Source: a virus (taxonomy: Duplodnaviria > Caudoviricetes). From it: 28,701 nucleotides of DNA. Below are positions 9,094-17,999 of this stretch, one piece after another. The notes under the pieces were generated by a model. That model made no database searches, was not told where the DNA came from, and worked only from the letters and a program-made list of their open reading frames with translations. Both the position numbers and the translations under genes were made by a program. The stretch is from positions 1 through 28,701 of IMG/VR virus record IMGVR_UViG_3300037440_000936. One strand, given 5' to 3'. Numbering within the stretch: position 1 is the first letter of the stretch; every line of letters begins with the position of its first letter.

Positions 9094-9566
9094 TTTTTGA
9101 ACACCTTGATGGCCGTCCCCATGAGCTCGGCGGCGATCCCGTCCTTCATCTCCTCGAAGGTCGGTTGCCAGAGCTTGCGGGCCGGGATCACCTCGCCGTC
9201 ATCCTCGGGCTGCTCGTGGATCAGAGCGATGTCGGTCAAATCATCGCCGCCCTTGCTCTTCACCCCTCGCTGCACCCCGACCATCCCCTTCCAGGGGGAG
9301 GGCTGCGCCGTGGTGATGTTCTGGTACATCTCGTTGGTCGCCCGCAGAATGTCGGGGGAGAGATTCTTTTGCGCCTTGCTCTTGGCGTAGGCGTCGCTGA
9401 GCGGCTCCCAGGCAAGGTTCTGCTTGTCCAGGTGCGAGAGAATCCGCCGCTCGACTTTCTTCAGCGACCGGCCGATGGCCCGGGCCTGGGCGCTCTTGTG
9501 CTTGGTGGCCACCCGGTCGAGCACCCGGGCCAGCTTGTCCCAATCGCCGGAAAAGGAGGCGCCCAT
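9090..9566 (-). CDS. Virion morphogenesis / tail completion protein (Mu gpG / P2 gpS-like)
   Basis: WEPLSDAYAKSK...IL..T..M...I and IHE...IPARKLWQP motifs. Confidence 0.8.
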   Translation of the reverse strand: MGASFSGDWDKLARVLDRVATKHKSAQARAIGRSLKKVERRILSHLDKQNLAWEPLSDAYAKSKAQKNLSPDILRATNEMYQNITTAQPSPWKGMVGVQRGVKSKGGDDLTDIALIHEQPEDDGEVIPARKLWQPTFEEMKDGIAAELMGTAIKVFKK

Positions 9567-9946
9567 CAGCGCACCGCCTCCAAGATCACCAGCAGTGCCT
9601 GCCCCCGGAATCGCGCCCGGTCGGCAACGGCCGCCAGGGTGAAGCGCCGACCGTCGATCACCAGTTCGTCATCGACGGTGATCAGCAGGCTGTCATCGCC
9701 GTCGACCAGCCCCTTATCGGCCAGATACTGGCGGTTGATTGTGACCGTGTAGCGCTCCTCGATCTCCTCCCCCCGCTCCCGGGGTTTTGCTTCTCCGGTG
9801 TCCTCGGCCGGCTTAACCCCGGCCAGCAGATCCACCTCGCCGCCGGCGGCCCGGCGCAGAGTGACCTCATCCTGGTGAAAGGTGTCCGTCACGTCGCGCA
9901 TGGCGGCACGGAAATCGTCAACAGCTTCTTGATCGAGAAGGTCCAT
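9566..9946 (-). CDS. Head closure / head-tail joining protein
   Basis: Beta-rich 126 aa ending DELVIDGRRFTL...LVILE; position after the adaptor gene. Confidence 0.65.
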   Translation of the reverse strand: MDLLDQEAVDDFRAAMRDVTDTFHQDEVTLRRAAGGEVDLLAGVKPAEDTGEAKPRERGEEIEERYTVTINRQYLADKGLVDGDDSLLITVDDELVIDGRRFTLAAVADRARFRGQALLVILEAVR

Positions 9947-9974
9947 CGTCCCCTATGTCCTGTTTGTCCTATGG

Positions 9975-10039
9975 TTCGGGCGCAGCAAGCGGCGCCCCTA
10001 CTTCACCACTTTTCGGGTGCAGCAAGCGGCGCCCCTACT
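9975..10039 (-). repeat. Two direct copies of a GTAG-family REP-like palindrome
   Basis: Minus strand GTAGGGGCGCCGCTTGCTGCACCC (10038-10015) and GTAGGGGCGCCGCTTGCTGCGCCC (10001-9978); 28-nt repeat with one mismatch and a 37-nt period. Confidence 0.8.
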
Positions 10040-10409
10040 CCACTACCACCATCGGCGCGCCGGGATCGGCGGCCGTGCTCAAAGCTGCCCGGCGCTCCAC
10101 GATCGAGGCGGCCAGCTTCCTCTCCATCTCCCGGAGGAACTGCAACTTGTCCACGAACTGCGCCTTGCCGGCGCCGTCCCCCTCGGCGGCGGCCAGGGCT
10201 TTCTTGTACTTGCTCATCGCCGGCAGAATCAGTGCCTTGGCCGCCAGATCGGCGACCAGCGACTTCTGCCGGGTGGAGAGGTCGCCCTCGGCGATCGCCT
10301 CGAATCCGGCCTCGGCCTGCGCCTCCAGGGTGAAGGCCCCGAGCGAGGCGGCAAATAGCGCCGCCTCGTCGGGAAGCCGGTTGTTCACCATGTCCGCAAG
10401 GGTCGGCAT
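10035..10409 (-). CDS. Head-tail adaptor / head completion protein
   Basis: Helical 124 aa immediately after the major capsid gene; assigned by position. Confidence 0.6.
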   Translation of the reverse strand: MPTLADMVNNRLPDEAALFAASLGAFTLEAQAEAGFEAIAEGDLSTRQKSLVADLAAKALILPAMSKYKKALAAAEGDGAGKAQFVDKLQFLREMERKLAASIVERRAALSTAADPGAPMVVVE

Positions 10410-10412
10410 GGG

Positions 10413-11420
10413 TTACCCGCCCGCGCCGCGGGTGAAGATCTTCGCCGCGTCGGTGAAAATGCGGGAGAAACCCATCACCTGGCTGATCACGGTCTTTTCG
10501 AACTGCCGGTCGATGACCTTGTCCGTCTCGATCAGCTCGGCGCCGCTCTCCTTGACCTGCTCCAGGGCGGCCGACTTGTCGACCTGGAACAGCTGGTCGT
10601 CGCCCAAAGTGGTCTCGCTCCAGTTGAGGCGCTTGAGCGGAAAACCGAAGGGTTTGGCCAGATCGCCGGTGAGGGCGGTGTCGAACAGCCGCGAATCCTT
10701 GAACTCGCTGAGCTTGAGAACCTCCTTGAGCAGCGGCGTCTTGCAGGCCCAGACCGTGGCCTCCCAGTTGTCCATGTCGAGGAAGAAATCGAGCAGGTTC
10801 TCGTAAGAGACGACGGTGGGGTCGGTGGCCGGGGCGCCGTTGTTGTTGCCGTCGCCGTTGACCAGGTTGTAGACCGCATAGGCCACCATGCGCTTGGCGA
10901 GCCGCTTGCCGATCAGCTGCATGTGGATCGAGAGCAGCGGCAGCTTCATCCGGCGCAGCACCTCGTAGGTCGCCTCCAACTGCACGCCGATCTTCGCCAG
11001 CCGCACCGACTGCTTGCCGCTGCTGATGGTCACCGCCGGAAAGGGCGCTCCCTCGGCGATCTTCTTGAAGTCGAGATTCTTCTCGGCGAACTGGGCGTTG
11101 ACCGTCTCGTAAACGCCGCTGTCGATGGTGGTCGTGGTGGCGATCAGCTCCTCGAGGGTGAGGTCCTGGCGGGACAGCCCGGCGATGCCGATGCGCACGT
11201 TGCGGTTGATGAACTCGGGAAAGAGGACGGAATCTTCCTTCGTGCGGTAAAACCGCTCCACCGTGTCTTTCTTCAGGTTGATGTCCCGCTCCATGAGCGA
11301 GAATTCGAAGGCGTCGAGCCCCTCGACCGTCGAGGGATTTTCCGCCGCCAGCAGCTCGGAGAAGGTGAACCCCTTCTCCCTCGCCGCCTGGTACATGCCT
11401 TTTTCCAGCTTCAAAGCCAT
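10413..11420 (-). CDS. Major capsid protein (HK97 fold)
   Basis: 335 aa; LFPEFINRNVR, IAEGAPFP, KIGVQLEATYE..RR and IETDKVIDRQFEKTVIS motifs; strong RBS. Confidence 0.9.
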   Translation of the reverse strand: MALKLEKGMYQAAREKGFTFSELLAAENPSTVEGLDAFEFSLMERDINLKKDTVERFYRTKEDSVLFPEFINRNVRIGIAGLSRQDLTLEELIATTTTIDSGVYETVNAQFAEKNLDFKKIAEGAPFPAVTISSGKQSVRLAKIGVQLEATYEVLRRMKLPLLSIHMQLIGKRLAKRMVAYAVYNLVNGDGNNNGAPATDPTVVSYENLLDFFLDMDNWEATVWACKTPLLKEVLKLSEFKDSRLFDTALTGDLAKPFGFPLKRLNWSETTLGDDQLFQVDKSAALEQVKESGAELIETDKVIDRQFEKTVISQVMGFSRIFTDAAKIFTRGAGG

Positions 11421-11448
11421 ATCAATGCTCCTTTGGTAATTGGTTCGT

Positions 11449-11817
11449 TCAGCCCAGATCCAGCACCAGTGTGCCGCCGGCCGCGTCGACCCGCACCACG
11501 TCGCACATCCGCCCGGTACCGGCCACGGCCGGCGCCTTTACCCCGCCCAGCCCGTCGGCGACCAGTTCCACATAACCGGCCGCCGGCGCGGCCCCGGAAA
11601 AGGCGACTTCCTTAAACCCTTTGCGCTGCACAGCCGAGACCCCGCTCTGGTCGACCTTGTCGATCACGCCGTAGAAGACGTCCTCGGCGTCGCACAGGCC
11701 GATGGTGTCGCTGGCGGTGAGCTTGCCCACCGTCCCCTCGTCGGCGGGCAGCAGCCCGACCGCCGACAGCAGCGTGATCACCGCTACCCCGATTCCGCTA
11801 AAATCGATTCCCCACAT
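11449..11817 (-). CDS. Head decoration / capsid cement protein
   Basis: Start re-called at ATG 11817 (AGGAG RBS); small Gly/Ala/Val-rich beta protein between the scaffold and capsid genes. Confidence 0.65.
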   Translation of the reverse strand: MWGIDFSGIGVAVITLLSAVGLLPADEGTVGKLTASDTIGLCDAEDVFYGVIDKVDQSGVSAVQRKGFKEVAFSGAAPAAGYVELVADGLGGVKAPAVAGTGRMCDVVRVDAAGGTLVLDLG

Positions 11818-11858
11818 GGTCAAAACTCCTTTGATAATGGTTTAACGGCATTCGATTC

Positions 11859-11900
11859 GTCCGATCGGTCTGATCGGTCCGATGCCCTTTGTCCGATGCC
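11859..11900. repeat. 9-nt tandem repeats (GTCCGATCG)
   Basis: gtccgatcg gtctgatcg gtccgatgc plus a further gtccgatgcc, in the protease-decoration spacer. Confidence 0.75.
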
Positions 11901-11905
11901 GGCCC

Positions 11906-12997
11906 TTACAGCTTGTAATCCGCCGCCTTCTTGCCGAGCACGGCTCCCTTGTCGCCCTCGGGCTCCGCCGACGAGCGCCGCGAGAGCGTCTCGCCGCACT
12001 TGGTGCATTTGAGCGGCGCCAACCCTTCGACGGCCGCCTCGTACTCTTCGACCAGCCCCCGGGCGGTGGCCAGATCGGCCTTGCCGATCACACCGGTAAT
12101 GAAGGCCCCGACCGCCTTGTCTTTCTTCAGGGCCTTGTACAGGGTGGTCGCCCGCTCCCGGGTCTCGGTCAGCAGCTGCTTGCCGAGATCGGCGTCGAGC
12201 TTGAGGCTATCGATCTCGGTCTGCTTGGCGTCGAGAGTTTCCTTGATTTTGGCCTCCACCTCTTCGGCGGTCGGTTCCGCGCCGGCGGCGAACCCCACCA
12301 GCGCCAGGAGTGTTGCTGTCAGTTTCATTTCCTGTTCTCCTTCCTGGGGCTTTTCCAGCCCCTTTGTTTTGCCGCCGGAAGCGGCCAGAGACTTGGCAAA
12401 GGGGTCTTCCCCCTCCCAGACGATCGAGACCTCGGCGGCCCGGGCGATCTTCGTCACCACGAAACGGACGATCTCCCCATCCACCTCCTCGCCGAGGCGG
12501 TCGTAGAATCCCCGCAGATCGGGGTGACTGCGCTCGTATTCGAACCAGATCGTCACGCTCGCCGAGCGCAGAGCCTTGATTTCCACCCCCCGGGCCAGCT
12601 TGGCATCGACGGTTTTGTCGATGACCAGGGTCGCGTTGATCCCCGGCGGCGAATTCTTCTCATCCCAGACCGGCGCCTGGACGAAACCCTTCCAGTTGTC
12701 GACGTCGACATAGTGGTTGGCGTAGAGGGTCACGCCGGCGAACAGCGGCGCCGCCGCCTTCAGCACCCCCGGCCTCGTGAAGTCGAAAAACCGGTAGGGA
12801 GTCACCGCCATCGACAGGATGCGCCAGGGGGTGGCCAGGAATTCCTCGGGGTTGAGTCCGCCGTTCTCCGACTCCCCTTCGCCAGCGGCGAATTTGATCG
12901 GTTCCTTGAGTCCGGGGGGAATGGCTCCGGCGGCCGCCATCCCGAACCGTCCCCAGGCCAGTCCCTCCCGCACCACTTCAAAACTCTTCTTGTCCAT
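11906..12997 (-). CDS. Prohead protease with C-terminal scaffold (Mu gpI/Z-like)
   Basis: N-terminal LYANH...G.V and SASV...EVSIVWEGED protease-like motifs; charged coiled-coil C-terminus; in-frame internal ATG at 12328 with an AAGGAGA RBS. Confidence 0.75.
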   Translation of the reverse strand: MDKKSFEVVREGLAWGRFGMAAAGAIPPGLKEPIKFAAGEGESENGGLNPEEFLATPWRILSMAVTPYRFFDFTRPGVLKAAAPLFAGVTLYANHYVDVDNWKGFVQAPVWDEKNSPPGINATLVIDKTVDAKLARGVEIKALRSASVTIWFEYERSHPDLRGFYDRLGEEVDGEIVRFVVTKIARAAEVSIVWEGEDPFAKSLAASGGKTKGLEKPQEGEQEMKLTATLLALVGFAAGAEPTAEEVEAKIKETLDAKQTEIDSLKLDADLGKQLLTETRERATTLYKALKKDKAVGAFITGVIGKADLATARGLVEEYEAAVEGLAPLKCTKCGETLSRRSSAEPEGDKGAVLGKKAADYKL

Positions 12998-13105
12998 TGC
13001 GGCTCCTTTGCGGGGTCCGATCCCCGCCCGTAATATGCCCTCCAGGGGCTCAAATCTGGTTTATAAACTGGGTGTCAAGGATTTTGCGGCCCATGGTGCC
13101 CGTTG

Positions 13106-15403
13106 CTAGTCTTCGGCGGCCTTGCGATGCCGGCATTCGGGGTGGAACGGCGGGGTCTCGAACCCGGCCGCCTGCAGCTCCTCGTCGCTCATCTCCTGCA
13201 CCTCCTGCAGGCTGTACTTGCTGGACAGGAAGGGCGGCAGTTGGTTGCGGCCCTCGAATCCCTTGTCGACGATCTTGGCCAGTCGGCTGGCGGCCGCCTT
13301 GACCTCGAATACGCGGTCCAGCATGGCCCGGCAAAACTCGCAGATCGGGGCCGTTCTTGGGCCGACGATGCGGTAGCGCTCGAAGCCGTTCTCGTAGAGG
13401 GAGAGGGTCTGGCCCATGTTCTGGATCCTCGCCATGGTGGTGCTGACCAGCTGGATGGTCTTGCGGTAGCTGGTTTCCCGGACGATGCCCGGAAACTCCT
13501 TCCGAAATTCCTTCCAGGTCGGCGCGTCCTTGATGTTGAGGCCCTTGGCGATGTACTCCCGCTCCAGCCAGCTGATGAACTGTTTCCCCGTCGTCTCGTT
13601 GTCGGCCAGGTAGTTCCCGCGGCCGAAGTAATACTGCTCAATGCTGGTGAGATAGCGCAGGGCGTTGCGGTCGATCACCTTGAGGTCCAGCGCCAGACGC
13701 GTCCCCGGAGTCCCTGCCGTCCCTTGGGTCCTTTGGACAGCGGCCTGCAGATGCCCGGTATCCTCATACCGGTATTTCCGCCAGGCATCCGAAGTGAAGC
13801 GGTCCGTTACCCGGCCCACCGCCGAGCCGGCCAGCTTGGCCCGCAGCTCATCGGCGAAAGCAGCGTAGACCTCCCGGGCGAATTCGGCCGCGCCGACCTC
13901 TTCGCCGGAAATCTCTTCAGCCTTCTCCAGGGCGGCGGCGATCGCCGCCTCCTCCGGCCCCTCCAGGACCGCCTCCAGGGCCGCGACGTAGCTTTGGTCC
14001 CGCCGGTCGTCGGCCGCCTGCTCCAGGCGGACGGTGATGCGCTCCGGCCGGAACTCGTACCGCCCAGCCTGCCGGTTGAACGAGAACCGTAGGGGCGTCG
14101 CTTGCCGCGCCCGCCTTGCTTTCCCGAACATCCCCTCCGGAGGCGCATCCCCCGGCAGCCGTCCGGTGGCCTCTTCATAACCCAACTCCCGGGCGGCCTC
14201 GTCATCATCGATAAAGCCGGCGTCCCGCTTGGAAATAACGTTCTCGATCTTCTCCCCCTCGGCTTCGGCTTTCTCCTTCTCTTTGAAGCCGGAGTTCTGA
14301 TTGAATCTCACCCGCACGTCGGCATCTAATCCCCTCAGCAGCAGGTCGAGCTCGTAGCCCTTTTCGATGAAGCGCTTGATCATCCGTCGGGCGTTGATCA
14401 GCTTGGCGACCAGCCGCTCGAAATCCACCTCGGCATAGGTTTCGGTAGTGGAGTAGCTGCGGCCCATCATCGAGGGCGGGATGTCCAGGCCGGAGCAGAT
14501 CTGCTCCTCGTTGAGCTGCCAGATGGTCCCGGCGCCGGCGGCGGCTCCGGGGGAGATGGTGTTGTGCTTGGCTTCCTGGTCCTTGTAGTGGACCGCCACC
14601 CCCTTGCTGAGGTTGGCGGCGTAGGCCTTGGCATAGGCCGCCAGGCGCTTCTGCAGCCGGACGGCATAGGCCTCGTCCGATTCGCCCGGCTTCTGCGGCG
14701 GTACCTCCAGAGACACGTCCAGAAAACCCAGCAGGCCCATTTTCTTCAAGATGTGGCCGATGTTTCCCAGGGCGTCGAGCTGCATCTCCACGTTCTTCAC
14801 CGCCGCCAGCCAGGGTGGAATGGCGTAGGGCCGGCCGTCCAGGGTCTGCAGCGGGCTGTACGAGTAAGTGAAGGGGTTGAGGGCCACGTAGGCCCCGTCC
14901 CCGGCTCGGCCGGTGTACTGGTGGGGCTGCCAGGCGCCGTCCTGGCGCTTGAAGCGGATCGACTTGACCGGCACTATCGTCACATCGGTCACGCCCTCGG
15001 TCACCCGGTCGGCGATCACCCATTCGGCCGAAAGCGCGCCCATGAGCGGGATCTGCCGCAGGAAGTGGCCGACCAGGCCGTCCATGCCGCCGCCGGTGCG
15101 GTAGACGTTGCCGGCCAGCCAGTTGAGCCGCTCCAGCACCGCCTCCGGATTGCGGGCCTCCACCGCCACCTCGTGGCCGGTGTTGCCCAGGTTGACCCAG
15201 ATGGACAGCGCCTGGGAGACGTCCGGGTTGTACACCGAGAGCGGCTCCAGCACCGCCAGCAGCTCGGGCGGGAAATCCGGCGTGGCGAAATCGTAGAACC
15301 CCGAGAGGCGCCCGATCGTGCCGCCCATCGTCTCCTCGGCCGGAATCGACTGTTGCCCCGGCAGGATGTCGACCGTCTGTTTTTTGAAGGGCCACCACTT
15401 CAT
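13106..15403 (-). CDS. Portal protein fused to a MuF/gp30-like head morphogenesis domain
   Basis: Follows the terminase gene; portal-like EEQICSGLDIPPSMMGRSYSTTETYA and DAGFIDDDEAARELGY; C-terminal ICEFCRAMLDRVF...PPFHPECRH is the MuF signature. Confidence 0.85.
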   Translation of the reverse strand: MKWWPFKKQTVDILPGQQSIPAEETMGGTIGRLSGFYDFATPDFPPELLAVLEPLSVYNPDVSQALSIWVNLGNTGHEVAVEARNPEAVLERLNWLAGNVYRTGGGMDGLVGHFLRQIPLMGALSAEWVIADRVTEGVTDVTIVPVKSIRFKRQDGAWQPHQYTGRAGDGAYVALNPFTYSYSPLQTLDGRPYAIPPWLAAVKNVEMQLDALGNIGHILKKMGLLGFLDVSLEVPPQKPGESDEAYAVRLQKRLAAYAKAYAANLSKGVAVHYKDQEAKHNTISPGAAAGAGTIWQLNEEQICSGLDIPPSMMGRSYSTTETYAEVDFERLVAKLINARRMIKRFIEKGYELDLLLRGLDADVRVRFNQNSGFKEKEKAEAEGEKIENVISKRDAGFIDDDEAARELGYEEATGRLPGDAPPEGMFGKARRARQATPLRFSFNRQAGRYEFRPERITVRLEQAADDRRDQSYVAALEAVLEGPEEAAIAAALEKAEEISGEEVGAAEFAREVYAAFADELRAKLAGSAVGRVTDRFTSDAWRKYRYEDTGHLQAAVQRTQGTAGTPGTRLALDLKVIDRNALRYLTSIEQYYFGRGNYLADNETTGKQFISWLEREYIAKGLNIKDAPTWKEFRKEFPGIVRETSYRKTIQLVSTTMARIQNMGQTLSLYENGFERYRIVGPRTAPICEFCRAMLDRVFEVKAAASRLAKIVDKGFEGRNQLPPFLSSKYSLQEVQEMSDEELQAAGFETPPFHPECRHRKAAED

Positions 15404-16926
15404 GCCACGGCCTCCGCGAATTCGGGCAGGGTGTCGGTTACGGTGCGAATCAATCCCGACTGCAGCTTGCTGATCGCCATCTCGGCGCTGTCCGGACCGT
15501 CGTCATTGACGGAGGGGGTGAGCAGGTAAAGGAACTGCTCTACCAGCCGGTTCTGGTCGCTGTGCCCCTTGAGGAATTTGATCTTGCCGAACTCCCACAG
15601 GTAGGCGCAGGTCCCGACGATCCGGGCTTCCTTATTCGTATTGTGCTGCACCGGCGACCAGGGCAGGAATCGGCCGACCTCTTTGGCGTAGTTCTGTATG
15701 GCGGCGTGGAGAAAATCCTTGAGCATGTTCTCCTCCACCTCGACCGACTGCGAGCGGTACTCGTCATGCTGGGCGTAGGCCGCGCCGAACATCTCTCCGA
15801 TCGACTTCTTCTTGAGCCAGGCGTGCCGGCAGTAGAAGGTCATCGTCGAGAAGTCCAGGCTGAAGGTGACGACCGCCCGGTAGTCGTTGTTCTCGCCGGC
15901 CTTGGCGCTCGGGTCGAGGGCGGTGACCGTGATCAGCGTCTTGCCCGCCAGTTCTTCCGGCTCGTAGTATTGCGCCTGCTCCTCCGGGAAGGGGGAGCCG
16001 TCCACGGCGACCTTGTTGCGCATCTCCCGGTTGAAGTCGAAGGAGCCCATGTCGCGCTTCTTCTTCATCAAACGCTCCATCGGCCAGTTGGCCTCCCACA
16101 GGGGGCGCTCGAAGGGGGTGCCTTCATCCAGGATGGCGTCGTAAACCCGGGAGAAGTAGAGCGGCTCGTTGGTCTCTTCGTCCTTGGTCTCGATCAACTG
16201 GGAGATGGCCGACCGGGGATGAAAGAGGTTGCCGACCAGCATCGCCTTGTAGCCCTTGCCCATCGAGCCGAGGACGGTGCCGCGGATCCAGCTGATCAGC
16301 TTCTTCACCAGGCGCGGATTCTCGACGTTGTCGTCGTTCTCCATGTCGTCGAAGCGGACATAGTCTGGGCGGTGCGGCCCGTTGCGCAGGCCGCGCACCT
16401 TGTCCTTGCGGCCGCGGGCCAGGATCAGGGCGCCGTCCTTGGTCTTGAAGTCGTCGTCGCTCCAGCGCCTGGTGCGCAGGTCGCCGAAGTCGTGGCGGAT
16501 GCGGACGTTTTCCTCCAGCTCCAGCTTGATCGCGACCGTGAAGTTCTGCGCCTGCTCGTGGGTGTCGGAGATCAGCATGCCGAACCGGATCAGGCCGTGG
16601 CAGATGACGTGCAGCGGGTCGCCGAAGGTGAAAAAGGTCGACTTGGCGTGTTCGCGCGGGGCACCGACCAGGGCGAACTGATCCTCCAGCCCGGCGATCT
16701 CCGCCCATTCCTGATGAAAATCGCCGAAGGCGGTGGTGAAGTAGTGCGGCATGTAGGTCTGCATGAAGAAGAGCTTGTCGGTCTTCGATCGCTCGACGCG
16801 CGTCTTCTTCCTGGCCGGCGTATCGTTCTCGAAGGGGCTGACCCCTTCCTGGATGAACGATCGCAGCTCGGCGACCTGCTTGTCGTATTGTCCCTCGCTG
16901 ATCAGGGGGCGCTTACGCATTGCCAT
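15400..16926 (-). CDS. terL: Terminase large subunit
   Basis: Walker A APREHAKST, VRGL..RPD..RFDDMEND Walker B region, nuclease motifs ALDPS...NDY and DDGPDS. Confidence 0.95.
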   Translation of the reverse strand: MAMRKRPLISEGQYDKQVAELRSFIQEGVSPFENDTPARKKTRVERSKTDKLFFMQTYMPHYFTTAFGDFHQEWAEIAGLEDQFALVGAPREHAKSTFFTFGDPLHVICHGLIRFGMLISDTHEQAQNFTVAIKLELEENVRIRHDFGDLRTRRWSDDDFKTKDGALILARGRKDKVRGLRNGPHRPDYVRFDDMENDDNVENPRLVKKLISWIRGTVLGSMGKGYKAMLVGNLFHPRSAISQLIETKDEETNEPLYFSRVYDAILDEGTPFERPLWEANWPMERLMKKKRDMGSFDFNREMRNKVAVDGSPFPEEQAQYYEPEELAGKTLITVTALDPSAKAGENNDYRAVVTFSLDFSTMTFYCRHAWLKKKSIGEMFGAAYAQHDEYRSQSVEVEENMLKDFLHAAIQNYAKEVGRFLPWSPVQHNTNKEARIVGTCAYLWEFGKIKFLKGHSDQNRLVEQFLYLLTPSVNDDGPDSAEMAISKLQSGLIRTVTDTLPEFAEAVA

Positions 16927-17404
16927 TGAGACACTCTTCCTTGAAGGCCAGGGTCAGGGGGTCGAAGCTCTCGGCCAGAGCCTTGAGCCCTTCGGGGTCG
17001 TTGTCACGCAGCCAGCCGGCGATGAACTGCAGGTTCTCCAGGAACACCCGGGGCCGGTCGTAGGTGGGGGCTTTCTCGGCCTGTTCCCACCTTTGAACCA
17101 GGGTGCCGAGTTTGGTGATGGCGTCGAGGGAGACGGCGCTCATTTCGCCCGGCCGGGTCTCTTCCAGGGCGGTCAGCTCCCGGTCAAAAAGTGCCCGCAA
17201 CCGCTCCACGTTGCCGCGCTTGTGCTCCCGGGCCTTGTCCCATTCGTCCGAGGCCTCGCCCGGCTTGCGGGTGCGGCTTTTCCAGTCGCTGAGGGTCTGG
17301 CGGGACACGCCGAGTTCATCGGCCACCTGGGAGAGGTTGCCGGTCTCGATGTATCTCTGCCGCGCGATCGGTTCGAACTTGGCTCTGTCCCCCTTCTGCG
17401 CCAT
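16913..17404 (-). CDS. terS: Terminase small subunit (HTH; DUF1804/gp27-like)
   Basis: N-terminal HTH LSQVADELGVSRQTLSDWK...DEWDKAR; directly upstream of terL. Confidence 0.8.
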   Translation of the reverse strand: MAQKGDRAKFEPIARQRYIETGNLSQVADELGVSRQTLSDWKSRTRKPGEASDEWDKAREHKRGNVERLRALFDRELTALEETRPGEMSAVSLDAITKLGTLVQRWEQAEKAPTYDRPRVFLENLQFIAGWLRDNDPEGLKALAESFDPLTLAFKEECLNGNA

Positions 17405-17655
17405 CAGGCCAGCTCCTTCTCCAGGCGGCCGATCTCGGCGATCGTCGCCTGCAGTTCGCCCCAGGTCTGCACCAGTTCGTCCATCTGCTCGGCAAGCTGC
17501 GGGATTTCCAGGTCGGCGACGGGGGTCAGGGTGGTGTTCAGCCCCTGGCGGATCGCTTGGGCGTTACCCCCGATTCGCAGGGCCAGGCGCTTTTCGCGTT
17601 CCTTGGCTTCGGCCAGCTTGCCGCGCATTGCGGCCCGTTCCAGATTGAAACTCAT
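17404..17655 (-). CDS. Coiled-coil hypothetical protein (Mu gp26-like position)
   Basis: Start re-called at ATG 17655 (ATGA overlap); 83 aa beginning MSFNLERAAMRGKL. Confidence 0.7.
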   Translation of the reverse strand: MSFNLERAAMRGKLAEAKEREKRLALRIGGNAQAIRQGLNTTLTPVADLEIPQLAEQMDELVQTWGELQATIAEIGRLEKELA

Positions 17656-17996
17656 CCCCTCGGCCCTTTCTCCCGGATCACCGGGCAAAACATGTTGTTC
17701 CTGATCTGGTCCACCAGGTGCGTCTGCGCCTGAGTGTTCAGATGGATGATGCTGGTCAGGTCCCCGGCGAGCCGTTCATATCCCTTGACCAGCAAAATGT
17801 TGTCCTCGTAGAAGCGGGAGATCTTCTGGACGTCGGTCTTGTAGCGATCCAGAACTTCGGCGAGCTCCTTTTTGTGCTCGGCCATCATGCGATCGGTGCG
17901 GCGTTGGTCGACGTACCAGAAAACCACCGCCATGCCGGGGAGCCCCAGGGTGCTGACGATCAGGGCGATAAAGGAGATGGAGAGGCCTTCGAGCAT
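17652..17996 (-). CDS. N-terminal transmembrane plus coiled-coil protein (holin-like / Mu gp25-like position)
   Basis: Hydrophobic residues ~5-29 followed by a charged helical region; last gene of the lysis cluster. Confidence 0.6.
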   Translation of the reverse strand: MLEGLSISFIALIVSTLGLPGMAVVFWYVDQRRTDRMMAEHKKELAEVLDRYKTDVQKISRFYEDNILLVKGYERLAGDLTSIIHLNTQAQTHLVDQIRNNMFCPVIREKGPRG

Positions 17997-17999
17997 GCG

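Noticed and set aside
9975-10039. Possible mini-CRISPR array (28-nt direct repeats)
   Set aside because: Only two copies with a 9-nt spacer and no cas genes; the architecture fits GTAG REP elements better
13050-13078. Sigma70 promoter from the minus-strand TTGACA at 13078-13073
   Set aside because: No acceptable -10 at 16-18 nt spacing; the TATAAA is only 7 nt away
14205-15398. 397-aa alternative-frame ORF inside the portal gene
   Set aside because: Its Arg/Gly/Pro-rich composition is typical of off-frame translation in GC-rich DNA
15562-16929. Long plus-strand ORFs (455 aa here; also 1316-2218, 7456-8502, 11882-13033, 13103-14092, 14564-15529, 25450-26469, 27019-28038)
   Set aside because: They are antisense shadows of well-supported minus-strand genes, expected from high-GC codon bias, and show no motifs or RBS support
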